Of a stretch of DNA of 64,000 nucleotides, positions 1 to 11,069 are shown one piece after another. Where the stretch lies: positions 2,013,290-2,077,289 of the forward strand of contig OY970319.1 in NCBI GenBank assembly GCA_963716515.1, in the 5' to 3' direction. A program made the translations under genes and the position numbers. The number at the start of each line of letters is the position of its first letter. Positions within the stretch are counted from its first letter, which is position 1. The notes beneath the pieces were generated by a model that had not been told where the DNA came from, did not search any database, and saw only the letters and a program-made list of their open reading frames with translations. Origin of the DNA: an uncultured Acidimicrobiaceae bacterium. Lineage in GTDB: Bacteria > Actinomycetota > Acidimicrobiia > Acidimicrobiales > RAAP-2.

Positions 1-700
1 GATCGCCGATCACCTCGACCTCTCCCTGAACTACGGCGCGTCGTCCGAGAATGACGAGCAGCAAATTAACCGGAGCACCGACCAGCTGAGCGTCGAACTG
101 GTCCTCTTTGTGCGACACGCTGAAACCGTCCTCGCCCAACGTGATCGACCAAAGCGATCCCGAGTCGACGTCACGAAACGCCAGTTTCTCACCGTGACCA
201 CGAAGCACGGCGAGTTCCGAGGAGTGCTTCGCGACTTTTTCGATGTTCGAAAGGTATTCGTCAATAGCGTCCAGGGCGATAGCCGGCTCGGCTTGCGGCA
301 GTGCGTGGGCCGCAATCTCGAGGTCCATGCGATGGACCAGCGTCTCGTGAAGTTGGCGACGAGACCAGAATCGGACCCGTTGATCGAGTCCCCACGCCCA
401 CATCTCTTCATTGGGATCAGCAGCGAGCAGTGTGGCCACCAGCTTTCGGCCCCCCTCTTCAATCCACGCCGGACTCACGTCGTTTTGATTCGCCAGCGAC
501 TCTCGCGCGATCCGCTCCGGAGAGCGCAACCGGACCAATTCCTCGGCCCAGCGGTGAATGACGCCCAGATGTTCGGCGAGGTCACCGACCGTCCAACCGG
601 GACACGTGGGGACCTCGTCATCCAACGTCAGAGAGGACATCACGTTCGCGAAACGCGCGACCTCGATCGTCAGCGCATTGCAGTCTTCAATATGATTCAC
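1..700 (-). CDS. Maleylpyruvate isomerase family mycothiol-dependent enzyme (MDMPI); 3' end runs off the window
   Basis: Not in the ORF track (no stop in window). Manual translation from GTG at 700 gives MNHIEDCNALTIEVARF...VPTCPGWTVGDLAEHLGVIHRW...MWAWG...FWSRRQLHETLVHRMDLE; the CPGW..DL..H and HE..VH motifs are typical of this family. Confidence 0.85.
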   Translation of the reverse strand, partial: MNHIEDCNALTIEVARFANVMSSLTLDDEVPTCPGWTVGDLAEHLGVIHRWAEELVRLRSPERIARESLANQNDVSPAWIEEGGRKLVATLLAADPNEEMWAWGLDQRVRFWSRRQLHETLVHRMDLEIAAHALPQAEPAIALDAIDEYLSNIEKVAKHSSELAVLRGHGEKLAFRDVDSGSLWSITLGEDGFSVSHKEDQFDAQLVGAPVNLLLVILGRRAVVQGEVEVIGD

Positions 701-798
701 GATTCTCTCCACGCGCTCGTCGCCTCGCGCGACATCGTAGCGGCGAGGGGCAGCCGCCCCGATTGATCGAGGTCGACGGGCCTACCTTGATCGTGGCG

Positions 799-1317
799 CT
801 AGTGGTGGATGACACGGGACAGCTCGGCGGCGGACGCCGTCGCCAGCCAGCCTCCGGTGTACGCTTCCTCGTTCGTCACCTCGGCAATCGCGAACTCCGG
901 TCCCTTCGTTCGAGGTTCGTCTTCGCCGAGTTCGATTTCGGCCAGCACCAGGCCCGAATGTCGACCTTTGAACTCATCGATGGCGTAGTCCACGCCGTTT
1001 GACGTCAACGACCATCGACTCTTGGCAACGATGGACGCCGGCGTCACCGAGAGCGCGTGGAACTCACGTTCACCCAAATAGATATTGGTTATCTTCACGA
1101 ATTCGGGATCATTCGACTGGCGTCGAACCTTCTGACAGAGTTTGTAGACCACCTCGTCGCCCGCTTGAATCATCCGTAGCCGCAGTGACGTGCCCGTCCA
1201 GTAGTGGTCGACGATGACTCTCTCGTTCGCGACACCCCGCGGCAGCCCCTCGAGCAACCAGCGCTGTTCGCGTTCCAGTCGCGCGTAGCGGCCTTCACCG
1301 GGGCGACGACTGGTCAC
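799..1317 (-). CDS. CYTH-domain (adenylate cyclase/triphosphatase-like) protein
   Basis: N-terminal E-R-E-x-R-W motif, IDEF...GLVLAEIEL and EVT motifs; TAGACT -10 lies 6 nt upstream of the GTG. Confidence 0.75.
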   Translation of the reverse strand: MTSRRPGEGRYARLEREQRWLLEGLPRGVANERVIVDHYWTGTSLRLRMIQAGDEVVYKLCQKVRRQSNDPEFVKITNIYLGEREFHALSVTPASIVAKSRWSLTSNGVDYAIDEFKGRHSGLVLAEIELGEDEPRTKGPEFAIAEVTNEEAYTGGWLATASAAELSRVIHH

Positions 1318-1397
1318 GTGAGGAGTCTAAGTAGGTCCATCGTTCCTTGACGACTTTCAAGGTGATATCGGTCGGTCTCAAGGAAAACTATCAATAA

Positions 1398-1694
1398 ATG
1401 GTCGATCACCGTCGCGCTACACTCGCCTCGGTGAAGCACGCTTCGGAGTCCACCCTCGAAGGATTGTCCGCATTTCTCGATCAACTTCGCTCGGTCGACG
1501 GACTGGTCGAAAAGCGACCGGGCGTGTTCTACCGACGGTCCAAGGCGTTCTTGCACTTCCACGAGGACCCTTCGGGGATCTTCGTCGACATTCGACTGAT
1601 GATCAATGATCCTTTCAACCGGGTGCCCGTGACGACGCGAAGTCAGCAGTCCGAACTCATCGCCACGATCCATCAGGCACTTCGCTCTGAATAG
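1398..1694 (+). CDS. Small conserved hypothetical protein
   Basis: Protein-like 98 aa ORF (EKRPGVFYRRSKAFLHFHEDPSGIFVDIRL) filling the gap between two annotated genes. Confidence 0.6.
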   Translation: MVDHRRATLASVKHASESTLEGLSAFLDQLRSVDGLVEKRPGVFYRRSKAFLHFHEDPSGIFVDIRLMINDPFNRVPVTTRSQQSELIATIHQALRSE

Positions 1695-1724
1695 CTCGTG
1701 ACCCCTTGGTAAACGACGTCTCTG

Positions 1725-2201
1725 CTAGATCGGAGCGCAGATGAGGACAACCGAATCACTCGACTCGGGATCGAAACGTTCGTCGTAGATCTCTAGGTGG
1801 TAGCCGTCTCGAATTTCGAGGCCCAGCGACGGAACGTGCTGCGCGTAAAACCACTCCGTGGTCTGTCCGAGCGTTTCGAGTGATCCGACGTGTTCGCACG
1901 CGAGATAGGAGCCGCCGGGAAGGTTCACGACCTCGAGGTCGTCCGATCGGCCACCGTTGTCGTCAAGTCGAATGGCCGCGAGATAGTTCATCTTCGAACT
2001 TCCCTCCACGTCGTTCATTACTCCGACCGCCCAGTGTGCATCATGCAGGGCGCCTCCGACCGCCGTCATGAGGCGTTGCCACAACTGCGGGATTATCTCG
2101 TGCGCGTCCGGATCGGGCTGGAGTCCGCTGGTGAATTGACCGGACACCCCCACGAGCGTGGTGGTCGGAACATCAATGGTGATGACGTTCGGCGTCGCCA
2201 T
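1725..2201 (-). CDS. GyrI-like/AraC effector-binding domain protein
   Basis: IPQLWQRL, NYLAAI, LPGGSYLACEHVGSLETLGQT..WFY and LEIYDERF pattern; TAATCT -10 lies 7 nt upstream. Confidence 0.85.
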   Translation of the reverse strand: MATPNVITIDVPTTTLVGVSGQFTSGLQPDPDAHEIIPQLWQRLMTAVGGALHDAHWAVGVMNDVEGSSKMNYLAAIRLDDNGGRSDDLEVVNLPGGSYLACEHVGSLETLGQTTEWFYAQHVPSLGLEIRDGYHLEIYDERFDPESSDSVVLICAPI

Positions 2202-2255
2202 TCCGCCGAGATTAGCGGAGCGAGTGAACGCGCGCCGGCTGTCGCGGCGCTGACA

Positions 2256-2669
2256 TCAGTGCGGGTGGGAGTGCTCCGCGCCTCGGTAGGTCCCGAAGGA
2301 CCAGCGGTTGCCCTCGGGATCCATCACGGCAAACTCCCGTGATCCGTAGTCCGTGTCGTTGAGAGCGCGCAACAACTTCGCCCCCGCGGCGATGGCCCGA
2401 TCGTGAAGGGCGTCGGGATTGTCGGTCACCACGTAGACGCCGAAGCTGCCGGGCTTCAGTGCCCCGTCCTGACCGTCGGGCGCTTCGTCACCCAACATGA
2501 TGCCGCCGCCCAGGGGCCACCGGATTTCGCAGTGGTCGACGTGGTCCCCTTCGCCGTAGAGAGCCGAGATGGTGAAGCCGAACGCCTCGACGTAGAAGTC
2601 GACGAGGGCGCGCGCGTTTCGCGCCGCCAGGGACGGCCACACGTAAGTGGTTGACGGCTCAGATGACAT
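2256..2669 (-). CDS. VOC/glyoxalase family protein (PhnB-like)
   Basis: FYVEAFGF, YVVTDNPDALHDRAIAAGA, TDYGSREFAVMDPEGNRWSFG; AGGAG RBS upstream of the ATG at 2669. Confidence 0.9.
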   Translation of the reverse strand: MSSEPSTTYVWPSLAARNARALVDFYVEAFGFTISALYGEGDHVDHCEIRWPLGGGIMLGDEAPDGQDGALKPGSFGVYVVTDNPDALHDRAIAAGAKLLRALNDTDYGSREFAVMDPEGNRWSFGTYRGAEHSHPH

Positions 2670-2738
2670 GGTTGACACTCCTGACTTTCCGGTGGTGCCG
2701 GACAGGTATTTCGTTGCGAACCGACGTGGCCGGTGTGG

Positions 2739-3122
2739 TCACGGCGCGGCGCCGCTCGGCGGCTCTCGAAGGATAATGCCGTTGCCATCCGGGTCGTCAA
2801 ACATCACGAATCGACCCCACGGCTGCTCGTCGATGTCGCCGTCGATCACGAATCCTCTCGCGGCGATGTCGGCGATGGTTCCTTCCAAATCATGGACCTC
2901 GAGTACCAGACCTTTGAGCGAACCGGCGGGCATCGAAGGAAACCAGGTAACGAGCGTGAGTGACGCTTCCGAACCATGCGGGCTAAGTTGAATCCATCGC
3001 ATGTCGTTCTCCATCGGCATGTCCTGGAGCAGATCCATACCCAGCACGTTCACATAAAACTCCTTCGACCGTTCGGGATCGCTCACCGGAACTGACACGA
3101 CTTGAACCTTAGAAATGGTCAT
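2739..3122 (-). CDS. VOC/glyoxalase family protein
   Basis: VSVPVSDPERSKEFYVNVLG...QPWGRFVMFDDPDGNGIIL; start trimmed to ATG 3122. Confidence 0.9.
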   Translation of the reverse strand: MTISKVQVVSVPVSDPERSKEFYVNVLGMDLLQDMPMENDMRWIQLSPHGSEASLTLVTWFPSMPAGSLKGLVLEVHDLEGTIADIAARGFVIDGDIDEQPWGRFVMFDDPDGNGIILREPPSGAAP

Positions 3123-3177
3123 GGTCGAATCCAAACACAACGGACTATCGGTGTCAACCGTGCGGGTCGTCGCTGGC

Positions 3178-3735
3178 TCACTCGTGTAGCTTGACGATCC
3201 GCTCAATCGTGTTCCAGTTGCGAGTCGTCGCGGCACACGACAACGCCTTCTCAATCATGCGATTTACGTTGCCACCGCGACCGTCGATGAGCCGCGTCAC
3301 GGACATCAGGTCCGTGCCATCGGCGGCAAAAATGTACGCATCCTCCCGCGACGAGACAATCGGCAGCTCCAAATGCGCTACCGACTTCTCCGTGAACGTC
3401 ACGCAGCGGTGTCCCACGTCAGAGATCGGTGGGTCTCGAAAAGGCAGGGATTGTATGGACCTTTGAAGAGCCACGACGCTCCGGACAAAGACAGGCTCAA
3501 AGCGTCCGATGGTCCGTTCGATTCCCGTTTGCGTCGCTTCGATCAGACCCGCCAGCGAACTCGCGTTCCATTCAAAGGAAACGTTGCCCGTGGCGAGGTG
3601 CGACCGCGGTTCAATCGCGCCGGCATCAGCGAAGATGCCGAGAAGAACGTCACGGTGGAGACCCTCTCTTCCAATCATCACGTACCGAATAAATGCGACG
3701 TGTCGCGAGCCGATGTCAGCCATTTCTCGGCCCAA
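3178..3735 (-). CDS. DUF1697-family protein
   Basis: VAFIR.V..G, SHLATGNVSF and C-terminal ATTRNWNTIERI motifs. Confidence 0.8.
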   Translation of the reverse strand: MGREMADIGSRHVAFIRYVMIGREGLHRDVLLGIFADAGAIEPRSHLATGNVSFEWNASSLAGLIEATQTGIERTIGRFEPVFVRSVVALQRSIQSLPFRDPPISDVGHRCVTFTEKSVAHLELPIVSSREDAYIFAADGTDLMSVTRLIDGRGGNVNRMIEKALSCAATTRNWNTIERIVKLHE

Positions 3736-3801
3736 TCACACTTCCTTCACTTGAGATCAACGACACGTCTCTCATAGCCCATCTCCAATTGCGGTCGGCA
3801 A

Positions 3802-4203
3802 TCACTGAGGTTTCGCGTTACCGAGGAGGTCCCATTTGTTGCCGTATAGATCTTGGAACACCGCGACCTGCCCGTACGATTCAGTTCGAGGTGCCGTAAG
3901 GAACTCGACACCGGCACCGGTCATGCGCGCAAATGACTCGTTGAAGTCTTCCACGCGCAAGAAGAGGCCGACCCGCCCGGCGAACTGACGACCAATGAGC
4001 GCGATCTGTTCCTCTCCTCGAGCCTGAGCGAGCAAGATGCCGCTGCCCGAACCCCTGGGGCGCACCACGACCCACCGCTTGGGTTGACCGTCACCGTCGA
4101 GTGACGGCGAATCCTCTTCCAGAACGCATCCGAGTACGCTCACGAAGAACTCAATGGCCTCGTCGTACTCCCTCACGATGACGCTGACGAGCTCCAGTCC
4201 CAT
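3802..4203 (-). CDS. VOC/glyoxalase family protein
   Basis: VREYDEAIEFFVSVLG, RWVVVRP, YGQVAVFQDLYGNKWDL; TAGTCT -10 lies 6 nt upstream. Confidence 0.9.
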   Translation of the reverse strand: MGLELVSVIVREYDEAIEFFVSVLGCVLEEDSPSLDGDGQPKRWVVVRPRGSGSGILLAQARGEEQIALIGRQFAGRVGLFLRVEDFNESFARMTGAGVEFLTAPRTESYGQVAVFQDLYGNKWDLLGNAKPQ

Positions 4204-4261
4204 GGGGTCAGACTACGGCGCGTCACGGCAGACGCCGAGCTCGATTCACTATCGTGGCACC

Positions 4262-4615
4262 ATGACTTCTGATTGGGCGCGGCCCGTGGTCCATTGGTCC
4301 ATCGTGGCGATCGACCCGGATCGCCAACGAAGTTTTTACTCCGCGTTGTTCAATTGGGAGATCGGCGACGGACCGATCATGACGATCCCGGCGGGCATCG
4401 GGGGTCCGGAGCCGGGGCCGGCGGGGCACATCCAGGCCGGGGCAAAGTCTGACGTGTCGCTGTACGTCCAAGTTGGTGATTTGCGTTCGACGATTGACCA
4501 GGCAATTGAACTCGGAGGGAAGGAGACTATTCCACCCTTCGATCTGGAGAACGGTCAAACTCTGGCGGCCATCGAGGATCCCGAGGGCAACTTCGTGATG
4601 TTGGTTCAGCAGTAA
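4262..4615 (+). CDS. VOC/glyoxalase family protein
   Basis: PVVHWSI, FYSALFNW, LYVQVGDL, IEDPEGNFVML; TATCGT -10 lies 6 nt before ATG 4262. Confidence 0.88.
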   Translation: MTSDWARPVVHWSIVAIDPDRQRSFYSALFNWEIGDGPIMTIPAGIGGPEPGPAGHIQAGAKSDVSLYVQVGDLRSTIDQAIELGGKETIPPFDLENGQTLAAIEDPEGNFVMLVQQ

Positions 4616-4620
4616 ATCAG

Positions 4621-4944
4621 TTACCCCGGTAATTCTTTGAAGTACTGGGTGTCGATCGATGTTGGCTCTACCAGTGAACTGAACGCAATCGCGATCGGCG
4701 ACGTCGATGCTTCCGACGCGGATCGTCTCGCGTCCTTCATGGATCTCCACCACGTAATCGCCACCCACTCACCGTCGAGACCGCTGGCGACCGTTCGACG
4801 CAGTAGGCCGTCCTGTTGGTAGACGAAGTGCTGTTGATAGTCGGCGTTCTTCTGCAGAAAGTCTTCCGGAGATACGTCGCCGGTCAATTGAAACCTTGAG
4901 ACTTCAATCATTCTTGGAAGACTACAAGCGATATCCGAACTCAC
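4621..4944 (-). CDS. Dimeric alpha/beta-barrel (ABM-like) protein
   Basis: F..QQDGLLRRTVA...WVAITWWRS..DA pattern; the start may be the internal MIEVS. Confidence 0.6.
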   Translation of the reverse strand: MSSDIACSLPRMIEVSRFQLTGDVSPEDFLQKNADYQQHFVYQQDGLLRRTVASGLDGEWVAITWWRSMKDARRSASEASTSPIAIAFSSLVEPTSIDTQYFKELPG

Positions 4945-5001
4945 CGAAATTCAATTGACACGAGCAGTCCTTAGTGAATGTCGCGATTTCGCCGCGGATC
5001 C

Positions 5002-5613
5002 TCAACCCATGATTTCCGTTCGCAGTGGGCGTGCGGGATCACTTCCAGAGACGCCGGGGACTATTGGATTCACTGTGACGCCTATTCCGCAGTAGGGCCA
5101 CGATGAAAAACCGCGCGGCACGGGAATCACCGCTCGTCCCGACAACGATCGTACCGACACCACCAATCGACTGGCGTTGGGGCACGGCGTTTGCACGTCG
5201 TTTCCGAAGACCCAAAACGAAGCGATTCCGCCGTGAGGCGCCAGCCGAACCGTCGGTGGCCGCCCGTGTACGACCCCCATCTGGTCATTACCCACGTGGC
5301 CGACCACGTCGTCAGTTTTCGTAACGAGCGGTTTGCCGTTCTTGTAGAAGGCCACGGTGGCGAAGCCGCTGACGACGCACGAGTGTCCGCCTTCGTTGCG
5401 GATCCAGAAAAGATCGCCGAAGGTGCCAGCGAGACCTCCGGTGGTGCCGCGCCACACCACGTTCAAGGCATCGGTTCCGCAGCGCAGTGTGGATGTTGGC
5501 GGAGCCGTCGCGCCGGCTGGGACAGTAGCGATGAAATCGAGAGCAGACACGACGAGCAGTACTCGAATAGCTCGGCTTCCAAATCTCAAGAGATCCCGTG
5601 GCACCGGCGCCAA
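5002..5613 (-). CDS. Secreted DUF4232-like protein
   Basis: Signal-like N-terminus, then C...L......G.AG......RNEGGHSCVVSGFATV and V.LAPHGG.ASF. Confidence 0.7.
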   Translation of the reverse strand: MAPVPRDLLRFGSRAIRVLLVVSALDFIATVPAGATAPPTSTLRCGTDALNVVWRGTTGGLAGTFGDLFWIRNEGGHSCVVSGFATVAFYKNGKPLVTKTDDVVGHVGNDQMGVVHGRPPTVRLAPHGGIASFWVFGNDVQTPCPNASRLVVSVRSLSGRAVIPVPRGFSSWPYCGIGVTVNPIVPGVSGSDPARPLRTEIMG

Positions 5614-5632
5614 CCTAGCGCGAGAGCGAAGA

Positions 5633-5995
5633 CTACTGAATCAATGGTCCATCAAGACCAAATACATTGCCGAATGGATCGATCAGTTGAGCGATCGATC
5701 GTGAAGCGCCTATGGCAAGTGGTCCTCGATGCAATCGCGCACCTTTCGACTCGGCTCGAGCAACTGCGGCCGAATGATCTTCGACCCGTAGATAGACGAC
5801 CGGACTACCGCCAGCAGAGTTCTTCAGCGCATCAGAGGGATGAAACCCAAATTCGATGTCGCCGACACCGAACCAGACGAATCCGCCTTCGAGCGACACT
5901 CGGTCATTTGGACACCCGAGCAAATCCGCCCACCAAGAAGCGACCACAATGGGATCGTCCGCAAATATCATCACCGCGCGCACTATCGATGGCAT
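5633..5995 (-). CDS. VOC/glyoxalase family protein
   Basis: VYLRVEDHSAAVARAESKGA, AQLIDPFGNVFGL; TAGCGT -10 lies 6 nt upstream. Confidence 0.88.
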   Translation of the reverse strand: MPSIVRAVMIFADDPIVVASWWADLLGCPNDRVSLEGGFVWFGVGDIEFGFHPSDALKNSAGGSPVVYLRVEDHSAAVARAESKGARLHRGPLAIGASRSIAQLIDPFGNVFGLDGPLIQ

Positions 5996-6082
5996 GTTAA
6001 AACGCTACCCAACGCACGAGACTCTTAAAGGCTCAATCTGTACACGCTGGACCGGCGATTGAAGTTGCGATGCGCCTCAGAA

Positions 6083-7030
6083 CTAGAGAGAAGAGAGGAA
6101 TCCCAACAGCGCCTTGAAGTAGGCCTCCTGGTCGTCGTACATCGCCAGGTGGCCACCGTTCTCGCAGATGTAGGACGAGCCCTCGGGAATACGGGTTGCC
6201 ATCATTTCGAGGAACGTGGGGTCCATCGTGTCGTGACGACCGCCGATGACCAGCGTGGGCACCGTGATGTACTGAAGATCGTTCGTGCGATCCCAATCGG
6301 CCAAACTGGCCTCTTCCGACATGCCCAACTCACTTGGGCCCTGCATCGCCAGGTACAGATCACGATTGATGTTCGAGGAGGTAAAATTCAACGGCTCTGG
6401 CCACTCCTCAGGGTTCATTCGCAAAATGTGGTCGACGTAGTACGAGCGAACCAGCAGCTCATCGTAGCGAGGATTGGCAAAGTCCTTGGCGGCTTCGATC
6501 TCTCGGATTTCGGCAAGGTCGTCCTGATTCATCGCCGGCATCAATACCTCGGCGGCGTAACGCGTATAGGCCGGGGCGCTCGACATCATGTTGGAGATCA
6601 CCAAACCTTTGAGTTCATTGCCGTATTTAAGGGCGTACTCCATCGCCAAAAGGCCGCCCCAGGACTGGCCAAAGAGGACGAAGTTGTCGGGCCCCAGTCC
6701 CAGCGCACTACGGACCTGCTCGACCTCATCTACGAAGCGGTCCAAGTCCCACATGCGTGAATCGGCCGGGTTGTCACTGCGACCCGATCCCAATTGGTCG
6801 TAGTAGTAGTACTCGAGGCCCGCTGCCGGCAAGAAACTGTCAAAGGCCTCAAAGTAGTCGTGCGTCGCGCCGGGGCCGCCGTGTAACAGCAGCACCTTGA
6901 GTGCGGGATTGTTGCCAATCCTCTTGGTCCAGACGTTGAACGGGCCCAACGGCGTCGTGATTGGAATCATCCTGACGCCACCGGCGATCGCGTCGGGTCG
7001 GTCGGTTCGGTCGTAGTACTGCTCGGTCAC
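6083..7030 (-). CDS. Proline iminopeptidase-family alpha/beta hydrolase
   Basis: LLLHGGPG, YDQLGSGRSD, GQSWGG nucleophile elbow, C-terminal GH. Confidence 0.9.
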   Translation of the reverse strand: MTEQYYDRTDRPDAIAGGVRMIPITTPLGPFNVWTKRIGNNPALKVLLLHGGPGATHDYFEAFDSFLPAAGLEYYYYDQLGSGRSDNPADSRMWDLDRFVDEVEQVRSALGLGPDNFVLFGQSWGGLLAMEYALKYGNELKGLVISNMMSSAPAYTRYAAEVLMPAMNQDDLAEIREIEAAKDFANPRYDELLVRSYYVDHILRMNPEEWPEPLNFTSSNINRDLYLAMQGPSELGMSEEASLADWDRTNDLQYITVPTLVIGGRHDTMDPTFLEMMATRIPEGSSYICENGGHLAMYDDQEAYFKALLGFLSSL

Positions 7031-7140
7031 GTGGCCCCCAGTCCGTAAATGCCGAGGAGTCTAGGTTGGCGACAGTTTCGGTGGCCGATCAGACCTCTAA
7101 TTGGAGTTGTCGAATTCAAGAATGTGCGACCAAGTCGGTT

Positions 7141-7593
7141 CTAGTTCTCCAGTTCTTTACTTTCTAGGAAAAAACGGTACACATTGGTTTCGCGGAGTTC
7201 AAATCCCAGACGTGCGTACAGTTGATTGGCCGCCTCGCGTGAGGGCCTCGTGGTGAGGTCAAGTGATCGAACGCGACGACGGCGCGACTCTTCGATTGCC
7301 GCGTTCGTCAAGGCCTCGCCGACCCCAGCCCCGCGAGCGGATTCGTCAACGACCACGTCCTCGATCCACGCTCGCAGCCCGGTAGGAATCGGAAAGACCA
7401 CCAGCGTCAACGAACCGACGATCCGCCCTTCGTCGCGAGCGATGAACACGATCGTCGCCGGCGACTCGACCAGCGATTGCACATCGGCCGTCGTGAGCGG
7501 CACCGCGTTGGTGGAGAGCTGGGGCAACAGCATGTTTAGGGCGGACACCAGCTCTTCAGTGACCTCGTTCACGATCTCCACGTGCACGCTCAC
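7141..7593 (-). CDS. GNAT N-acetyltransferase
   Basis: WIEDVVVDESARGAGVGEAL, TRPSREAANQLYARLGF; the GTG start overlaps the upstream NUDIX stop (GTGA). Confidence 0.9.
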   Translation of the reverse strand: MSVHVEIVNEVTEELVSALNMLLPQLSTNAVPLTTADVQSLVESPATIVFIARDEGRIVGSLTLVVFPIPTGLRAWIEDVVVDESARGAGVGEALTNAAIEESRRRRVRSLDLTTRPSREAANQLYARLGFELRETNVYRFFLESKELEN

Positions 7594-8276
7594 GGTTCCC
7601 CTCTCCACACTGGTCGACGTAAGTCGTCGTAGAAGACGTCGCGATGCTCGCCGTCGATGGCCGCGAAGATGGGGTCGGCCCATCGCTCCGCGCCGATGAT
7701 CGGCGACGGCAGGTTGTCGCGTGTGAACCAGCCGGCGTCGGTGCATTCCAGAGGATGGATCTTCAACTCCCCGCCCACGGCGCGGCAAAAGAACAACAGC
7801 GAGTACAAGGGGATGCGTGACGAACCGAGCCGCATGCCGTCGAGAACGCCAATGAGTCGCACCGGCTCGGCCTCGATGCCCGTCTCTTCCAGGACCTCTT
7901 TCACCACGACTTCGGCGGCCGAGTAGCCCACGTCGCACCAACCGGTGGGGTAGAGCCAGACGCCGGAGTCGGCGCGCTGAATGAGGAGCAGCTCGTGGCG
8001 GTCATTGGTCACGGCCGCCCCGACCGCGACCTTGGGCGTCTGGTAGCCCGCGACCCCGGAACCGACTTCCGTCATCCACTCCGCGATGTACCCGTCGGCG
8101 TCGAGCACGCCGTCCAGGCCCACTTCGGCCGCCGCCTTGATGTCGCCGGCGATCTTGAGGACCTCTTCGAAACGTTCGCGCTCGTACTGGCTCTCGCTGA
8201 AACCGAGGCCCGTTCGCGCCACGCCGGCCAACGACTCGGCCCAGCGCAGGAGTGTTTTTTCGGGTACCGGTTCCAC
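7590..8276 (-). CDS. NUDIX hydrolase with N-terminal Nudix_N domain (YjhB-like)
   Basis: GLGFS...YERERFEE, YQTPKVAV, GWCDVGYSAAEVVVKEVLEETG; TAGCGT -10 lies 7 nt before GTG 8276. Confidence 0.85.
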   Translation of the reverse strand: MEPVPEKTLLRWAESLAGVARTGLGFSESQYERERFEEVLKIAGDIKAAAEVGLDGVLDADGYIAEWMTEVGSGVAGYQTPKVAVGAAVTNDRHELLLIQRADSGVWLYPTGWCDVGYSAAEVVVKEVLEETGIEAEPVRLIGVLDGMRLGSSRIPLYSLLFFCRAVGGELKIHPLECTDAGWFTRDNLPSPIIGAERWADPIFAAIDGEHRDVFYDDLRRPVWRGEP

Positions 8277-8299
8277 GGTCATGACGCTACCAACGCGTC

Positions 8300-8983
8300 C
8301 TAGGTCAACGTGGCGTCAAGTACCTCGTCCAGCGTGCCCACCAGTCCGGTGTAGAACGCTCCGAACTCGGCGTACAGCGTGGAGGCCTCGTCGTAACGCA
8401 TGGTGTAGACGCACTCTTTGAGATCATCGACGTGCACCCCGAAGAGCGTGACGCCCCACTCCCAGTCGTCCAGGCCCGTCGAACCGGTGATGACCTGGAG
8501 GATGCGGCCCTTGAACTCGCGTCCGAGCGCCCCGTGCTGACGCATGAGTCGCTCGCGCTCGTCGTAGGGAAGCGCGTACCAGTTGTTCGTCGCGTCGCGA
8601 CGTTTGGTCATCGGGTAGAAGCAGAAGGCTCGCTTTCCGTCGGGCGGCAGCGTCGGGAAGAGGCGGTCCTGGAGCATCTTCTCGGGCATGCCGGCCGCGT
8701 ACTCGCTCACTTCGGTGACCGAGACGTAGCTCTCGGCCACGAGGAACCCGGCCGCCTGGATCTTCGACTGCAGTTGGCGCAACGTCCAGAGGTCTTCGCC
8801 GAGGATCATGAAACCGACGTCGGCCTTAGCGCCCATGATGGCCACGCTCACGACCTGGAGACCGATGGCGCGGGCGTCGTCCACGGCCTTTCGCACCGCG
8901 CCGGCGTCAACGTCAGCACCGGGATGACAGAAAAGATGCAGGACGTTGAGCCCCCGAGAGGGCGCGAGCGGTTCGGGCGTCAT
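8300..8983 (-). CDS. chdC: Coproheme decarboxylase (HemQ/ChdC, chlorite dismutase-like family)
   Basis: FYPMTKRR...NWYALPYDERERLMRQHG, ITGSTGLDDWEWGVTLF, MRYDEASTLYAEFGAFYTG. Confidence 0.85.
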   Translation of the reverse strand: MTPEPLAPSRGLNVLHLFCHPGADVDAGAVRKAVDDARAIGLQVVSVAIMGAKADVGFMILGEDLWTLRQLQSKIQAAGFLVAESYVSVTEVSEYAAGMPEKMLQDRLFPTLPPDGKRAFCFYPMTKRRDATNNWYALPYDERERLMRQHGALGREFKGRILQVITGSTGLDDWEWGVTLFGVHVDDLKECVYTMRYDEASTLYAEFGAFYTGLVGTLDEVLDATLT

Positions 8984-9038
8984 GGCTCAATGCTAGGACT
9001 AGTCCGCAATGGCCGAACCCGGGCCGCGACCAAAGAAG

Positions 9039-9066
9039 AACCGTGGGGCCCGAAGGCCCCACGGTT
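9039..9066 (-). terminator. Intrinsic terminator downstream of groEL
   Basis: Perfect 12-bp stem AACCGTGGGGCC/GGCCCCACGGTT with a 4-nt loop, followed by a T-rich tract on the minus strand. Confidence 0.8.
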
Positions 9067-9092
9067 TCTACAGCGTTCGAGAAGCGGACGCT

Positions 9093-10760
<1,668 letters not shown>

Positions 10761-10787
10761 TTAGCAGTCTAGGTTGGCGAGTGCTAA
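10761..10787. promoter_or_regulatory. CIRCE element (HrcA operator) overlapping the groEL -10
   Basis: TTAGCAGTC-N9-GAGTGCTAA, one mismatch to TTAGCACTC-N9-GAGTGCTAA; minus-strand TAGACT at 10766-10771 lies inside it. Confidence 0.9.
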
Positions 10788-10793
10788 CGGCGA

Positions 10794-11069
10794 TCAGCCG
10801 CCGGCCACGGCCGGCACGAGCGACACGGTCTGGCCCGATTCGAGCGCGGTGTCCAGGCCGTCAAGGAAACGGACGTCCTCGTCGGCCACGAAGACGTTGA
10901 CGAAACGGCGCAAGGCGCCGCGATCATCGAGGACTCGAAAGGCGATTCCCGGATAGGCCGCGTCCACCGCGACGATGGCTTCGCGCACCGTGGCGGCTTC
11001 AACCGGCACTTCGCCGGCTCCTCCGACAAGGGTCCGCAACTGGCTGGGCAGGCGGACGGTGACGCTCAT
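10794..11069 (-). CDS. MoaD/ThiS/CysO-family sulfur carrier protein
   Basis: MSVTVRLPSQLR..., RRFVNVFVADEDVRFLDGLDT, free C-terminal AVAGG; the ATG overlaps the upstream stop. Confidence 0.92.
   Translation of the reverse strand: MSVTVRLPSQLRTLVGGAGEVPVEAATVREAIVAVDAAYPGIAFRVLDDRGALRRFVNVFVADEDVRFLDGLDTALESGQTVSLVPAVAGG

Noticed and set aside
7058-7072. 15-bp exact match AGTCTAGGTTGGCGA shared with 10766-10780 inside the groEL CIRCE
   Set aside because: The CIRCE arms are absent at 7058; the shared core is best explained as a minus-strand TAGACT -10 with similar context, not a second HrcA site.
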